Shown in pieces: positions 29,001 to 39,105 of a DNA stretch of 64,000 nt; the stretch's first letter is position 1; the number at the start of each line of letters is the position of its first letter. The position numbers were made by a program, and so were the translations under genes. The DNA comes from Bispira polyomma (taxonomy: Eukaryota). The stretch covers positions 58,404,001-58,468,000 of the forward strand of contig OZ287752.1 of assembly GCA_965649765.1 (NCBI GenBank), given 5' to 3'. The notes under the pieces were generated by a model. It made no database searches. It worked only from the letters and a program-made list of their open reading frames with translations, and was not told the origin of the DNA.

Positions 29001-32000
29001 ATGATTTTGATTGTTGTGGCTGAGAATCTGCCAGTGCAGAGATTAGGTGCCATTACATGATGATTAGATTAAATACTATAGTTTTGTACAGTCGATTCCA
29101 GTTGCTATACTAATTTTGTATGGTCATCTTTTAGCAAACCTACAGAACAGAGGAGTATGTAGGCAAAAGTTTGGATGTCTCAGAACCCGCAGCTTATCCT
29201 AGAGATGATAGAGATTTTATAGATGACCTCAGCACAGAACACATCACCACATATAGTACTCATAGTACAGATGAGGAGGTGGAGGAGGAGGAGCCTGGGA
29301 TGATTGACATGGATCAGAGGTCTCTAGCCACACCCACCAGTCTACTGGAGACAGATCTGGACTCCTTTGATGTTACTGCAGAGACACCAGAGGAATTCCT
29401 AGAACCCACCGAAAGGGTTACAGGTATGGCAATTTGAGTTCTATGCTATGCTATAATTATTTGTGACTCAAAGCAATATTGATATTTCTGTTACTTAGAA
29501 TTGTATTCCTATTTCCTGACAAGCAAGAGTCATCAGGCAATAGTGTGGGACCCTTGACAGTAAGGTTAACTAAAAAAGAAAGATTTGGGTTTATTTCTGA
29601 AAAAGGTAGATGAACTAGTCCTGGTAGCTAGAGTAGGGGAATTCCACAACGCTGGTGCTGTGTGAAAGAATGATTTAAAGAAATGTTTTTGACTTCTTAT
29701 ATTCCCTTTCATCAAATTTAGGGACTTGGAGATATTTAAAGTATATGGGCTACTTGGGTTTTGTTTCAATTTACATATCTTTTAAAATCTTTAGTGATAT
29801 TATAAAGGCCAGATTTAAAAATGGATGAAACCAGTACTCTTTGTACTAGAAACCAGCTGATCTAAGACAAATACCCGGCAAATTTTCACGCATGAAGAAA
29901 GCAGTGGGACTCAAACACTGTCCTCAAATGTTTGGGACTAGTGATATTAACACAGCTGCTTATAACCACAAGGCCACTGCGGCCCACTCAGATATGGAAA
30001 TAATACAGAGTCAGCAGTTCTCGGGTTCAAATTTTAATGTCTAGCTTTCCAACATTCCTTCATTTGTAGAGTGTTTTTAAAATAGAAGAGGTAATGATGT
30101 GTTAAATAATAGTAAAATATAGGAGGGTAAGCATATTTTAAGAATGAGAATTTGTTGAGATAATAGAAGGTTATAAAATAGGTGACCTGCATGTAAGCAC
30201 TATTGTAAAGCAAAATAAAATAAGAATAGTATAAAAACAGTTTTAAATATTTTAGTTTGTAAAATAGTGTTAATGTAGCAGTTTAGGCTTAACAACGCTT
30301 AAATAAAGCCCACACTGTTTTTGACTTGACATAAATCTTTTAAAGGCTGCTTTTCAAAATATGATTCTCAGAGATATTCACCATCAAACTGTTAGACCTT
30401 AACTGTTAGTGAACCTTTACTGCTCAATCACTGCTAGAAAAATTTAAAAAAATTGAAGTTTTAGACTAAACCATGTTAATAAATAATCAATTTGTATGTA
30501 GTTCTTTGTATTGTATTTTCAAAGTTCACCGAGCAGAGCTCTCTCCCAGTGAAGAGGAGCACAGAGCTGAGAGTCAACATTACATTGCCCCCTTGCCAGG
30601 AGATATCCACATGATGTCTCAGTATCCAGACCTCATTCCACACAATGTCCTACAGCCGCAGATTGACCTCCAGGACTCGGATGTACAGTATGTGGATCCA
30701 CGCTCACACGACATCCAGCAAACCAATCCTTACCAATGGGTGCCTGACGTATCCTTAGAGGCCGAGGCTAAAACTGCTGACTACAATAAATTGACTATGT
30801 CGCCTACCGAGGTCAGGGAAGACAGGACTGTCTTTTACAGCGAGCCAGAGCCAATGGTCACTATAGATAGACAGTACGGTCAAGTGACCACTGACCTATT
30901 AATGACCCGTGAGGACCCACATCATTACCAGTCAGACATAAAAGTAGGTCAGGATGACCAGCACTTTAATAACCTCCGGTCGGAACGAGGTGAAATTGTG
31001 ATTCGTAAGCCTCTGGATGACTCTTCAGAGGGTAGTACATTCATTCCAGTTAAAACGCGTGTTGTACCGCCACCGCGACAGTTTGCCTACAGTGCGCCCC
31101 CTACTGCGGCTTCTGAAGACGGGGAAGAAGAAGGACCAGTGTTGATACGTGATCATGGACAGGAGATTCTAAGTGAGGATGATGGTGAGACTGCTATAGA
31201 TACCCCCTCAGATGAATTCCCTCCACCCCCGCCCCCCTGTGTGGTAGACAAGGAATTGGAAGAGGTTCACATGGCAACCGATGGTTACCTGGCCGACAGA
31301 AGTGGCTCTACCAGCCCAGCCAATAACACCATGGAAACCAGAGACCATTTCCAGGCGAAACTCAAAGCAGCAGCCAGCCAACCGGTTACTATAGATGAGG
31401 AGGAAGTTGCCATGGTGATTAGCCCTACCTGTAGTGTATCATCAAAGACGCCTGAGTCGGACAGCGTCATGGTAACCAGTTCTTTTGAGAGTGACCACGT
31501 GTTGGAAGGTTACAAGAGTCGTCGTGATTTCGGTATGTATTCTCATGATAGGGATGAAAGGAGTTTACAACAGACGACGGAGGATGCGCAGCATCACTTG
31601 TCAGAAACAATGGAGAGCGAGCTAGTGTTTCAAATGGACGATGTGAAATCTAAGACAAGCTCGCTGTCTAAATCTGTGGACTCCTTACAGAACTTGTCGA
31701 TGTCCAGTGAGGATCCAGAGAGTACCTTACAGGACGGCGGACTACTGGAAGAGGACAGGGATCTGGTGATCAGGGAAACTAGGGAGTCCAAGGAGGCATG
31801 TGAAGAACGGGAGTATGTAATAGAGGACACTCAAAGTCAGGTAATAAACACACTGGAAATTGTCAAGTCTTCTGGTAGAGTAAATGTAGGCAAAATGAGA
31901 ATAAACGTGTGACATATTTTATACACGAAAGAGTGTTGAGGAGTCAGGTAATTTTATAGTCAAATGGTCCTAAATCCGTTCCATTTCAATTTCCGGTCTA

Positions 32001-35000
32001 AACTTTTACATAATTACTTATGAAAATCCAAAGCCAAAATCTTTGAAATAGGAATATTAGTTAATATTAATACACATTGTGGTGACAGGTAAGTGCTCTC
32101 AAATTTTTTTAAATGCTATGACATAAAAAGATGTATACAAATTTTGTAATGGACTGAAAAGTGGTACCACCATTATACAGTGGGACTGTGGGAATTGTCA
32201 AGTCTGAATATTCTGGTAAGAGTAAATGTAAGCAAGATGAGAATAAACACGCGAGATACTTTATACACAAAAGAGTGGCAGAATTAGCACTCAGATTCAG
32301 GTAACCAGACAACTGAATGGTGATGTATAGTCAGAGTTCCCACATGGAAAATGAGAACCCTTAGTTTCTGAACAAACTCAACTTCGATATAGTCTTTCTG
32401 CAAGTCCCTGTGTTTGGAAAGAACCTATACTTGCGACCATTCATTTTGATAGAGCTTTTATTGCTAAATTTAAATATGCAGAGTTAGTTTAAACTTCCAG
32501 ACCTTCGAATGGAGTTTAAGTGTAAATTGAGCTTCGGATTTTGAAGAATATGGTCACTAGAAAACAAAGTTGATCATGGAAAAGTTGTGTACTTTTAAAC
32601 ATTTAAAAATGGAATTTTTAAGCTGTGATAAAATTCTGCAAAAAACGGCAAAATGTCTCTCACTGTGTCACATGTCTGTATTACTTTTGACGTGCTATAT
32701 TTGAAAACATAAGGTGTGGAAGTAACGACTGTAATGGTTAACGCAATACTACACTATATGTACTTGTAATAGACTTAAACAAATCAAATATCACAAAATT
32801 CAAAGATTAACACCTGAAATGATAACATTTTGACAGTAAAAGTCAAATTTTTCAGTATTTGTGTTAGTACATGTAAGCAAAATGTGAATGAACATGAAGA
32901 CACTTTTTTGTGTCGAGGCTGAATTAGCACAAAATCAAGAAAAAGAAGCAAGATTATCAATTGTTTTAAATTTTAAATGCAGGCTAAACACCTATATTTC
33001 GAACCTAAAGAGATTGAAAAAATACCTATACATGCGCAGAATTTTTACTTAAAAGGAGGGTGGATTAAAAAATAAATACAGTTGTTTTACCAAGGTCTGC
33101 TTGAAGGGGTTTGACTGTATTCTGAAAAAGTTTGGTATTAAAAATGGACAGTTTGAGTTTAACACTCCAAACAAAGACTAGTACATATATCTGTTTCATT
33201 TACTAGATGTATTAATTTATTAAAGTGAAATAGTGTTTTCATTTTCTCCAGTTGACCACACATATTGAATATTTGCTCTTACTTGTCTTTTCAGCTTGAC
33301 TACTACTTCACCTATGGTAAAACCCATGAGGAGGATCAGTCCAAGCCTTCAGAGGACTTCTCCGAGGTTCTGGGCAAGTTTTCAAGTATCAGTACTGAAG
33401 CGCTTGTGTCCACTATTACAGTGGAGGATGTAGAACAGAAAGAACTGGAGCCTAAAACCGGTATTATTGACGATAAACCTAAGACGACAGTTATCGAGAG
33501 AGTTCAGTCACAGGAAGAGCCTTCCTCCAGTAAAATGGGCCAAACTGAAAAGAAAGCCACTCCAGTGAGGCGAAAAAAGAGCGTCAAAGAATTACTCTCA
33601 AAGTTTGAGGTGGCAGGTGGAAGTAGTCCACCAAGTGATCAGGAGGTGGGCAAGAGCAAGCCACAAGTCTTTCAGAAACCGCGGGTAGTACGGCTACATT
33701 CTCTGAACAAGTCCAGTGATGTAGAAGACACACTAGAAACGGAGATTTCAAAATCGCCACCGAAAAAGGACGACGTCGTCCTGATGAGTGCTTCTTGCCC
33801 CGATACATCAAGGCTATTGTCACTGTCGCCAAGACCTATTGACCTGGAGAATGAAGCGAGTCCTGTGACGACTTTCCACAGATCTAACACGGACATTAAA
33901 GCACGAGAACCTCCAGCCGTGTCGAAGAAACCTTCAATCAAGAACAAGATCCAGCAGTTTGAATCCAGTGAGTCATTAACGAGTGATACTGAACATCAGG
34001 TGAAGTCTGTATCACCTGGACGAGTATCTTACAGAGAGGAGGAGTCTCCTTTACGGGGAGGATCGGGTGTCAAAAAGGAGCGGGCATTTAGTCCTATACC
34101 TCCAGCCAAGCCTGTCATTATCCAAGAAAGGACATCCCCAAAACAGGCAGACTCCAACACTTCTCAAACTACTACTACCACCACAAGAAGTGAGAAGAAA
34201 GATTCACCAGTAAAAGAGGAATCTAATTATTCTTTTCCTCAGTCACAGAAATCTGAACTATCCCCTAAGTTTACCCGTAGAAGTTCCGGAGGTGGAAGTG
34301 AAAGCAGGACTCCTGCATCCTTTCAACTGAGGGCAGCAACTTTAGGGCTATCGAGCGGTATTTTGAAAGAGACCCAACAGCCTTCAAAGTCTGAGGAAAC
34401 TTCAGAGAAGAAACTACAGAGCTTAACCGAGAGGATGAAGCGCTTTCAGAGTACATCTGAAGAGGAGAATACTACTAGTAGTAGTAATATCGTCAAGGAC
34501 AACCCCTACAGCTCCATAGATAGGAGCTATACCAATAGATCATCTGGAAATTATAATAACAGACGTGCCAGTGTGGAGCCTAAACAGTTGTTTGACACCA
34601 GTGTATCTATGAGTATACCACCCAGAGATCACAGTGAGGCTACTGTAGTGGTCAGTACACATGACCAGTACTCCAGGTCATCCAGTGTGCCAAATGCATA
34701 TAGTGGTAGACTGAGTTATAAGTCAACACCGTCTTCCGAGGGCCCAGGAGTAGCCATGGATACCGACGAGAGCGTCCCCTTAAAGCCGAGTCAGCTGCTT
34801 TCTCGGAAAGCCAAGAAACCTGGTGAGACGCCAAGTGTAGATATAGACAGTGTCGAACTGGGGAGTAAAACTAACAAAGACGATGCTAACCTCATGAGCA
34901 GTAGTTTCTCAGACAGGCGTAAACTCTTTGAAAGCTCCACCGATTCCGGGATCTCTACTTCAAGTCACGGAAGTCTGAAACGCAGCGAAGTGTTTGTCAA

Positions 35001-35439
35001 GCCAAAGCAGCAGAATGCAGAAGCGAATGCAATGCGAAAAGATAGCAATAATGTCACACATCAGGAGATAAACCTGACTGCTCACCAAGGGAAGGATACT
35101 TCACTTGACATGCAACGACAGGTGGGGACGGCCGCGGACTACACAAGTAAAATACGTCAGTTTGGGAACAAGACGGTCGTCATAGAAGCTGGCGATAGCA
35201 ACAAGAGTGGCACTGCCTCTCACAAACTGAGCAGCTCGGGGATGCACACTGGCACCACGGGCAACGGTAACCTTAGCAACAGGGCCAAACCTTATGAGAG
35301 GGATCAGAAGGAGAATGTGAAGCCCGCCGCAGTGTTCAAGTCGTTTGACAACAAAGATACTGGAGTAGGAACTACAACAAAGGAAAGATCTGGCACCGTC
35401 AAGGATCTGTGGCGCAAGTTTGAGCAGCAGAATCAGTAA
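1968..35439 (+). CDS. ARHGAP32: ARHGAP32/33-like (CdGAPr) SH3-RhoGAP, 5'-partial; 21 exons, about 2197 aa in window
   Basis: All 21 exons have AG/GT boundaries with compatible phases; summed length 6594 nt. Contains an SH3 domain, a RhoGAP domain with intact arginine finger (GIYRLSG), and family motifs RPKSL..KLLSLEEA and IEVGGGP. ARHGAP32 versus ARHGAP33 orthology cannot be resolved; probably a co-ortholog. Confidence 0.92.
2852..2929 (+). CDS. ARHGAP32: RhoGAP exon (SH3)
   Basis: VGDIISIIDMAPGEETVWWRGKNQYQ; ag/gtaag. Confidence 0.95.
3547..3643 (+). CDS. ARHGAP32: RhoGAP exon (SH3 end)
   Basis: VGFFPCECVELISDK...ATKP; cag/gtacg. Confidence 0.95.
3729..3994 (+). mobile_element. tRNA-derived SINE (family 1), full length with TSD
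   Basis: A-box-like TGTCCTAGTGG, B-box GGTTCGACTCC, A-rich tail; TSD atcgag(g/t)ttgggtg at 3714-3728 and 3995-4009; near-identical copies at 43447 and 58312. Confidence 0.9.
4190..4377. repeat. Dispersed repeat ending in piggyBac-like GAAAGGGTTAA; second copy at about 62225-62477
   Basis: Both copies share ggcaagcagtc.acac.ccaaaaatat...ttcagtttccg.ca...gaaag(g/t)gttaa. Confidence 0.55.
7118..7267 (+). CDS. ARHGAP32: RhoGAP exon (pre-GAP)
   Basis: LRKRGKLISFLRAFFTSRP...QRIFGCDLGEHLSNSGLE. Confidence 0.95.
7340..7690 (+). repeat. ~40-bp minisatellite built from the MITE TIR
   Basis: About 8 tandem units of (t)acagtagaacctctattatc(c/t)(a/g)aacttctattatccaaa. Confidence 0.8.
7661..7838. mobile_element. 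TA-flanked Tc1/mariner(pogo)-type MITE, TIR CAGTAGAACCTCTATTATCC (very abundant family)
   Basis: TIRs tacagtagaacctctattatcc / ggataatagaggttctac(t/g)gta; further copies at about 15280-15452, 17235-17418, 25340-25500, 25603-25780, 48008-48180, 52720-52870 and 62540-62690. Confidence 0.85.
9740..11280 (+). mobile_element. Non-autonomous Helentron/HINE-like element with internal tandem repeats
   Basis: gtccggcgtccgctgtcc microsatellite-like head; about three ~145-bp units, then about 3.3 ~170-bp units (AAAATGGCGGCCATTTT palindrome); ends in ctagtt. Confidence 0.65.
11463..11565 (+). CDS. ARHGAP32: RhoGAP exon (arginine finger)
   Basis: VPKVLTSCAVVIEEHGIVDGIYRLSGVASNIQKLR. Confidence 0.96.
11544..11812 (+). 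repeat. Minisatellite seeded on the RhoGAP exon donor site
   Basis: About six degenerate units of (cctcc)aa(c/t)atacagaaactgaggtaaagtatgagtga. Confidence 0.75.
12888..13338. mobile_element. MITE with TIR TAGTGAGTGGA
   Basis: tagtgagtgga at left, tccactcacta at right. Confidence 0.6.
13524..13668 (+). CDS. ARHGAP32: RhoGAP exon (GAP domain)
   Basis: NDFDDEKEPCLTDEIYLQDIHSISSLLKAYLRELPNPLLTYQLYDKFS. Confidence 0.96.
13742..14073. mobile_element. MITE, TIR TAAGGCTG-like (Harbinger-like); other copies at 37440-37762 and partial at 20700-20870
   Basis: Shared body cacccaaaa.cacattgtcgccaaggaaaaa.ataaa; ends taggctg / cagcctta. Confidence 0.7.
14754..14830 (+). CDS. ARHGAP32: RhoGAP exon (GAP domain)
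   Basis: EAVSVEEHKLLKIHDVIQQLPPPHYR. Confidence 0.96.
15692..15799 (+). CDS. ARHGAP32: RhoGAP exon (GAP domain)
   Basis: TAEHLFKHLNRVSKFGRKTGMHCKNLAIVWAPNLMR. Confidence 0.96.
15854..16118. mobile_element. MITE with TIR AGTAGAAGGGCCACC and internal inverted ~22-bp repeats
   Basis: agtagaagggccacc / ggtggcccttctact; internal tatctcgataaattgact units. Confidence 0.75.
16896..17032 (+). CDS. ARHGAP32: RhoGAP exon (GAP domain end)
   Basis: SKELESMCNTAMLQGVGVQAIVTEFLIQYADIIFSDK. Confidence 0.95.
17674..17866 (+). CDS. ARHGAP32: RhoGAP exon
   Basis: RPKSLAISTPTKLLSLEEARE...KFIEVGGGPSNLPDYHTVIDLP; an alternative in-frame acceptor lies 9 nt downstream. Confidence 0.93.
17894..17920. repeat. (TA)n microsatellite
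   Basis: Direct; another at about 39075-39101. Confidence 0.95.
18385..18521 (+). CDS. ARHGAP32: RhoGAP exon
   Basis: KKNRKERRSP...GSGWKSIFSRKK; tttcag/gtgag. Confidence 0.88.
19794..19928 (+). CDS. ARHGAP32: RhoGAP exon
   Basis: ...KLRTVRSADSLISS... resembles the family LRSAKSEESL motif; phase 1-1. Confidence 0.82.
20483..20593 (+). CDS. ARHGAP32: RhoGAP exon (donor could instead be after 20581)
   Basis: DEDFPPVRPKALYQTK...SESDMSEPE; strong polypyrimidine acceptor, phase 1-1. Confidence 0.72.
20975..21131 (+). CDS. ARHGAP32: RhoGAP exon
   Basis: Open frame MVISMEAELVPRPASAS...KGKTGKDLK; acag/gtgag, phase 1-2. Confidence 0.78.
21469..21590 (+). CDS. ARHGAP32: RhoGAP exon
   Basis: SKKKQRSASAGQP...TEHHYA; tag/gtaag, phase 2-1. 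Confidence 0.82.
21953..22292. repeat. Dispersed repeat with long imperfect hairpin; inverted copy at about 48557-48888
   Basis: About 170-bp palindrome centred on gggcctgccggccc; homologous reverse copy in QDPR intron 3. Confidence 0.75.
24299..24773. mobile_element. Nested hAT-like MITEs
   Basis: Outer TIR tagggctctaca/tgtagagccctg; inner element cagtgttcgaa...ttgaacactg (about 24464-24763) duplicating tagagc. Confidence 0.6.
24823..25092 (+). CDS. ARHGAP32: RhoGAP exon (Pro/Ser-rich)
   Basis: SEPTAPVVGHPPPPSPSLKDRLVQAL...EINQ; GC-rich coding-like, phase 1-1. Confidence 0.85.
26075..26540 (+). mobile_element. HINE-like element
   Basis: (gtcc)n tract, caagatggcc...gccatcttg palindrome; body similar to 9830-10140. 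Confidence 0.6.
26628..26803 (+). CDS. ARHGAP32: RhoGAP exon
   Basis: GSGSEKYTVQ...LQQSHLQ; tacag/gtaaa, phase 1-0. Confidence 0.82.
27485..27820 (+). repeat. Triplicated intron/exon junction
   Basis: Three copies of tataatc..actgtaatcttgcag|acatg....aa.tcacagt.tgaagcacca. Confidence 0.85.
27791..28315 (+). CDS. ARHGAP32: RhoGAP exon
   Basis: TWSKSQYEAPEGET...VSHDL; tgcag/gtaag, phase 0-0. Confidence 0.85.
28345..28535 (+). mobile_element. SINE-like dispersed repeat (family 3); second copy at about 63315-63470
   Basis: Both copies share ctgtca(t/c)tgg(t/g)tcct(g/a)tccccagtggcaggcta(a/g)agatccttg; degenerate A/B boxes. Confidence 0.6.
28780..28925 (+). mobile_element. L2/CR1-clade LINE 3' remnant
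   Basis: Translates SFLNAAPKL*NDLPQNIR..., followed by KLITYFFQKAY. Confidence 0.65.
29135..29423 (+). CDS. ARHGAP32: RhoGAP exon (acidic)
   Basis: QTYRTEEYVGKSLDVSEP...ERVT; tttag/gtatg, phase 0-1. Confidence 0.83.
29566..29720 (-). mobile_element. L2/CR1-clade LINE 3' remnant
   Basis: KSFFHTAPALWNSP..ATRTSSSTFFRNKPKSFFF. Confidence 0.65.
30525..31840 (+). CDS. ARHGAP32: RhoGAP large exon (disordered, contains EFPPPPPP)
   Basis: Within the 479-aa ORF; aag/gtaat, phase 1-0. Confidence 0.85.
33295..35439 (+). CDS. ARHGAP32: RhoGAP terminal coding exon
   Basis: Within the 724-aa ORF; tttcag acceptor in phase 0; TAA at 35437-35439. Confidence 0.88.
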   Translation, partial: LDYYFTYGKTHEEDQSKPSEDFSEVLGKFSSISTEALVSTITVEDVEQKELEPKTGIIDDKPKTTVIERVQSQEEPSSSKMGQTEKKATPVRRKKSVKELLSKFEVAGGSSPPSDQEVGKSKPQVFQKPRVVRLHSLNKSSDVEDTLETEISKSPPKKDDVVLMSASCPDTSRLLSLSPRPIDLENEASPVTTFHRSNTDIKAREPPAVSKKPSIKNKIQQFESSESLTSDTEHQVKSVSPGRVSYREEESPLRGGSGVKKERAFSPIPPAKPVIIQERTSPKQADSNTSQTTTTTTRSEKKDSPVKEESNYSFPQSQKSELSPKFTRRSSGGGSESRTPASFQLRAATLGLSSGILKETQQPSKSEETSEKKLQSLTERMKRFQSTSEEENTTSSSNIVKDNPYSSIDRSYTNRSSGNYNNRRASVEPKQLFDTSVSMSIPPRDHSEATVVVSTHDQYSRSSSVPNAYSGRLSYKSTPSSEGPGVAMDTDESVPLKPSQLLSRKAKKPGETPSVDIDSVELGSKTNKDDANLMSSSFSDRRKLFESSTDSGISTSSHGSLKRSEVFVKPKQQNAEANAMRKDSNNVTHQEINLTAHQGKDTSLDMQRQVGTAADYTSKIRQFGNKTVVIEAGDSNKSGTASHKLSSSGMHTGTTGNGNLSNRAKPYERDQKENVKPAAVFKSFDNKDTGVGTTTKERSGTVKDLWRKFEQQNQ

Positions 35440-38227
35440 CGTGAAGTGTGAACTTTTTGTGAAGGGGTAATTGGTGTAATATATATAAGAGAAACTGAGG
35501 GACCAAACCGAAACATGGGGGGGTGGTTGTTTGTGTGTCTATGGATTCTCAAAACTGGGATATTATGTTATATACAGAATGTAGTAAGGTGGGTCTAATG
35601 GGGTTAGCATATTAACAGTTCCGTAGACTCTGCATCAGTTGAATGTCCAGTGTCCACTGGATTTGCTTCTGGTTATTGTAGCTAACAGTAACTGGCACTT
35701 ATACCTAATTTAAAACAAGTATTTTCGAGTGCTGGAACCAGAAAATTAGTTCTAGTTATGGAGAAATTGGCTCATACTGGTTCTAGTTACAGAAAGTTTA
35801 CTGTGTACTGCTTGAACTTTCCAATATTTTTTACAAGTTAGTACAGTAGGGCAATTAGTGGGTATTGTAAATGATGTATGATCGCACACAACAGATCAGA
35901 TATTTCAAAGTGCACTGAAGTTTTTCACTTGATATCGGTTAAACAATTCCCACATTAGTAGAATTACAACAGAAGCAAAATCAAAATTTTTCAAATGTAG
36001 AAATATAGCTAAAGCTGTGTTCATGTGATGTTTAATTTAAATAATTAAGATTAAATGTAAAATATTTAAACAGTAATTTTATGCGATTGTATTTTCTTAT
36101 GACTGCAAAATTGTACTAGTTTTAGAAACTAAAACTTAACTTTCTGCAGAACAATTGCTTATATTTTTGTAAAACAGTACTGTCAGTTGCTACTGGTTAC
36201 ATTTGAATGGTTTACACTTCGTCAGGATATAGAGTAAAGAACGTAACATTGTCACAATCTAAAATTAGCTGTAGACTATAAAATGTTCTTCAAATAGTTA
36301 ATTGTATTTCAAAACCTCATGAAGTGAGAAAGATGTAGAGTAAGGAATCTAAAATTTGCCACTGTATCTGAAATTTGCCTCCCCCCCTAACATTTAAACC
36401 AAATCAATAAACACTGGCGAAAAATAACTGGAATTTAGGTAAGTGAAGTAAAATAGTCTCAAAAATCTCAATTTCAGAAAATAGTTTCCACAATTCTACC
36501 AAAAGCACAACATTTTGTAGGTGGCGAATTTCAGATTTCTTACTCTAATATTCAGCAAAGAGGAAGGAAAATATTAAAGATTGCAAATTTGGGATTGGTG
36601 CCAATGTTGGGATCTTTTTCTCTTCATAGTAAAAACTGCTGAGATTGTTTATTGAACTGAAACTATTAATCTTCAACACATTTATTGTTGTAGTTGAAGC
36701 TGCTTCTCTTATTAGTTTATAAAGTAATGATCTGGTTTAGAATTAAAATTTTTTTTTCCTTGTCAGTATTCCTTCGTTATACCGCTGTATCGTTAATATT
36801 TTTTCAATCTTAGCTTGTATTCAAAGATATATATCGGATGTTAGATAACATAAATGTTAAACCTGGTCAAAATCAAAACCATTGGAACATCGCTTTCTTG
36901 CACATAAATGTGTATATGTATAATACTGATAAGGTTAATATAGGTTCAGGTAAAAAGATTACAAGGTAGATCTCATTATTTTGAAAAGAGATAAGTTGAT
37001 GCGAGTTTCTATCGTATTTCTAATTTTCTATTGACCTATCTCCACAAATGTTTTTCAGACCGTCATTCTTAAAGTTTCTTGGTTTTTAGACAGTTAGATT
37101 TTTTTTTTTCATTCAATTTGCCCAACGAATGTAACTTGTTAGCACAAAATTAGGACCAGTTGTGGGTACTAGCTGCGATATCAAGTTATAAACTTTGTAG
37201 TATCGGTAAATTACAGATATTAAATTAACTTTAGTCAAGACACAGTTAAAATAGAAATGAAACAGTATGTACAAGTGGAGTAGATTACAAACAAACACAA
37301 TAAAAAAAAAAAATGCCATATTCTCTAAAATTCTCAAGGTCAAATCCAAGACCTTCATATCTCTTGGTTGTAGTGAAGATTGGTAAAAATCTAGGTGCAA
37401 CATATTTTAATTCAGCCCTTCTAAAATACATGGTTACAAGTAAAGCTGTGACGATTAGTCTAGAGATCGATGCATCAGTCGGCCTGGAATTTGCGACTCG
37501 ATCATGTATATTTTATTCCCTATCAATCAAATTTTGGTGTGTGCCCAAAAGCACATTGTTTGCCAAGGAAAAATATAAAAAAATTAGATAAATTTAAAAG
37601 TTATGTTTATCTTCCAATTAAATTTGTGGAAAGCAACACCCAAAAATAGATGAGTTTAGGTATGTATCAACACTTTATTTAGTTAAAATTGACTTTTTGA
37701 TGCGTCATTCTGTGTGGGCGATAAGCAATGCAAATGACACTCACTCCCACTCGCAGCCTTATAGTTACAAGTATTAGATTATTTCCACATTTAGGGTTTT
37801 ACACAGTCTTTATTCAAGCTTGAACTGCTTTGAAGGATTAGGGGCCAGTTCTGTATGATATAATTTAGAGATTAGCTTCTAACTAATGACTCAGTGAGGC
37901 ACAATCTATTACACTGTTAAAGGGTACATAGGATCTCGTGTATATATGTGTGTATAAACTGTTATTGAATGACCTACTGGCTTTACATCTTGGCTATTCT
38001 TGATTATATTGGGCTATTTTCCAACTGTAAAAATCATGTAATGATATTAATCAAAGTAATCAAGTCTGTGTACCTTTTTCAATGAAAAGCAGTATTAGGA
38101 CTATGGTTGGTACTTTTCTCAATAGTATTGCATATTATTGCTTCATTAAGTCTTGGGATAACACTGACAAGCCTCGCTAAAGTACTATTCATTCTGGTTG
38201 GGTATGGTTCTATCTTAGGTTGCACAG

Positions 38228-38420
38228 GGGCCTAGTGGTTAGAAGCGTTTGCTTACAATCACTGGTCTCTCACCAATGTGGGTTTAAATGCCATTCGTTT
38301 CTTCATGTGATAAAGTTTGTCATGTACTTGCCGTGGCTGGTGGGTCAGCAATGATTTCTTCGAAACTTAAATCTGCCTGTCGTAATGTTTTTAAAAACAA
38401 CGTAAACCCCAATTAAATTT
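38228..38420 (+). mobile_element. Older related SINE copy
   Basis: ggcctagtggttag...caatcactggtctctcacc head; aaacccc-aatt tail. Confidence 0.65.
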
Positions 38421-39070
38421 AAGTTTAATATTCTATCTTGTGTCGCTGGTATTACTTAATCGATAGTACCTTTCTTAATGTTACAGTCAGGTACAGCCTA
38501 GTGTTGCGATTGAATTGTTATTTTAGAACTGGTTTCCTAAATCAAATTTATGGGAAATTCCAGTGATTTCTAGCGTAAACGTCCAGTTATACGTAAAACA
38601 TATACAGAAGTGTATGACAATTATATCTATCTGTAAACAAATGTCGATCTCTGCAAATTTTTTTTATGCAAAAATATATTAATTGACCCTTTATGTTACA
38701 CCATTTGTACCCTAATGGATCAACAATGGCCTCAAAATTGCTCTGTTTGTTGCCCTGGTCATATGATCAGGAATCAAATCCTACATAATACAATGGTGTT
38801 AGCTGTACATCAGAGTTTTCCAGTAAAGGTTTCCACCAGTATGGACTGTTGACAGTACAGTACTTGTATTTTGTCTTTTTTCCCACCATAAAGAATACAT
38901 GTTTTATTGTACATCTCCTTGTGTAAGCTTGTTTTTCATGCTACATTACACACTGTTCGTGGTTAAGGCTACATGTATGCTCTTATTATTGCAGAAAGTT
39001 ACACTGCAGTTTGTCTATTGGTCAATATATTAGACAAGATATATTAACAAATATCTAAATGGCTAAAACA

Positions 39071-39105
<35 letters not shown>

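Noticed and set aside
31285-34834. Minus-strand ORFs overlapping the large RhoGAP exons
   Set aside because: Antisense shadows of the coding exons.
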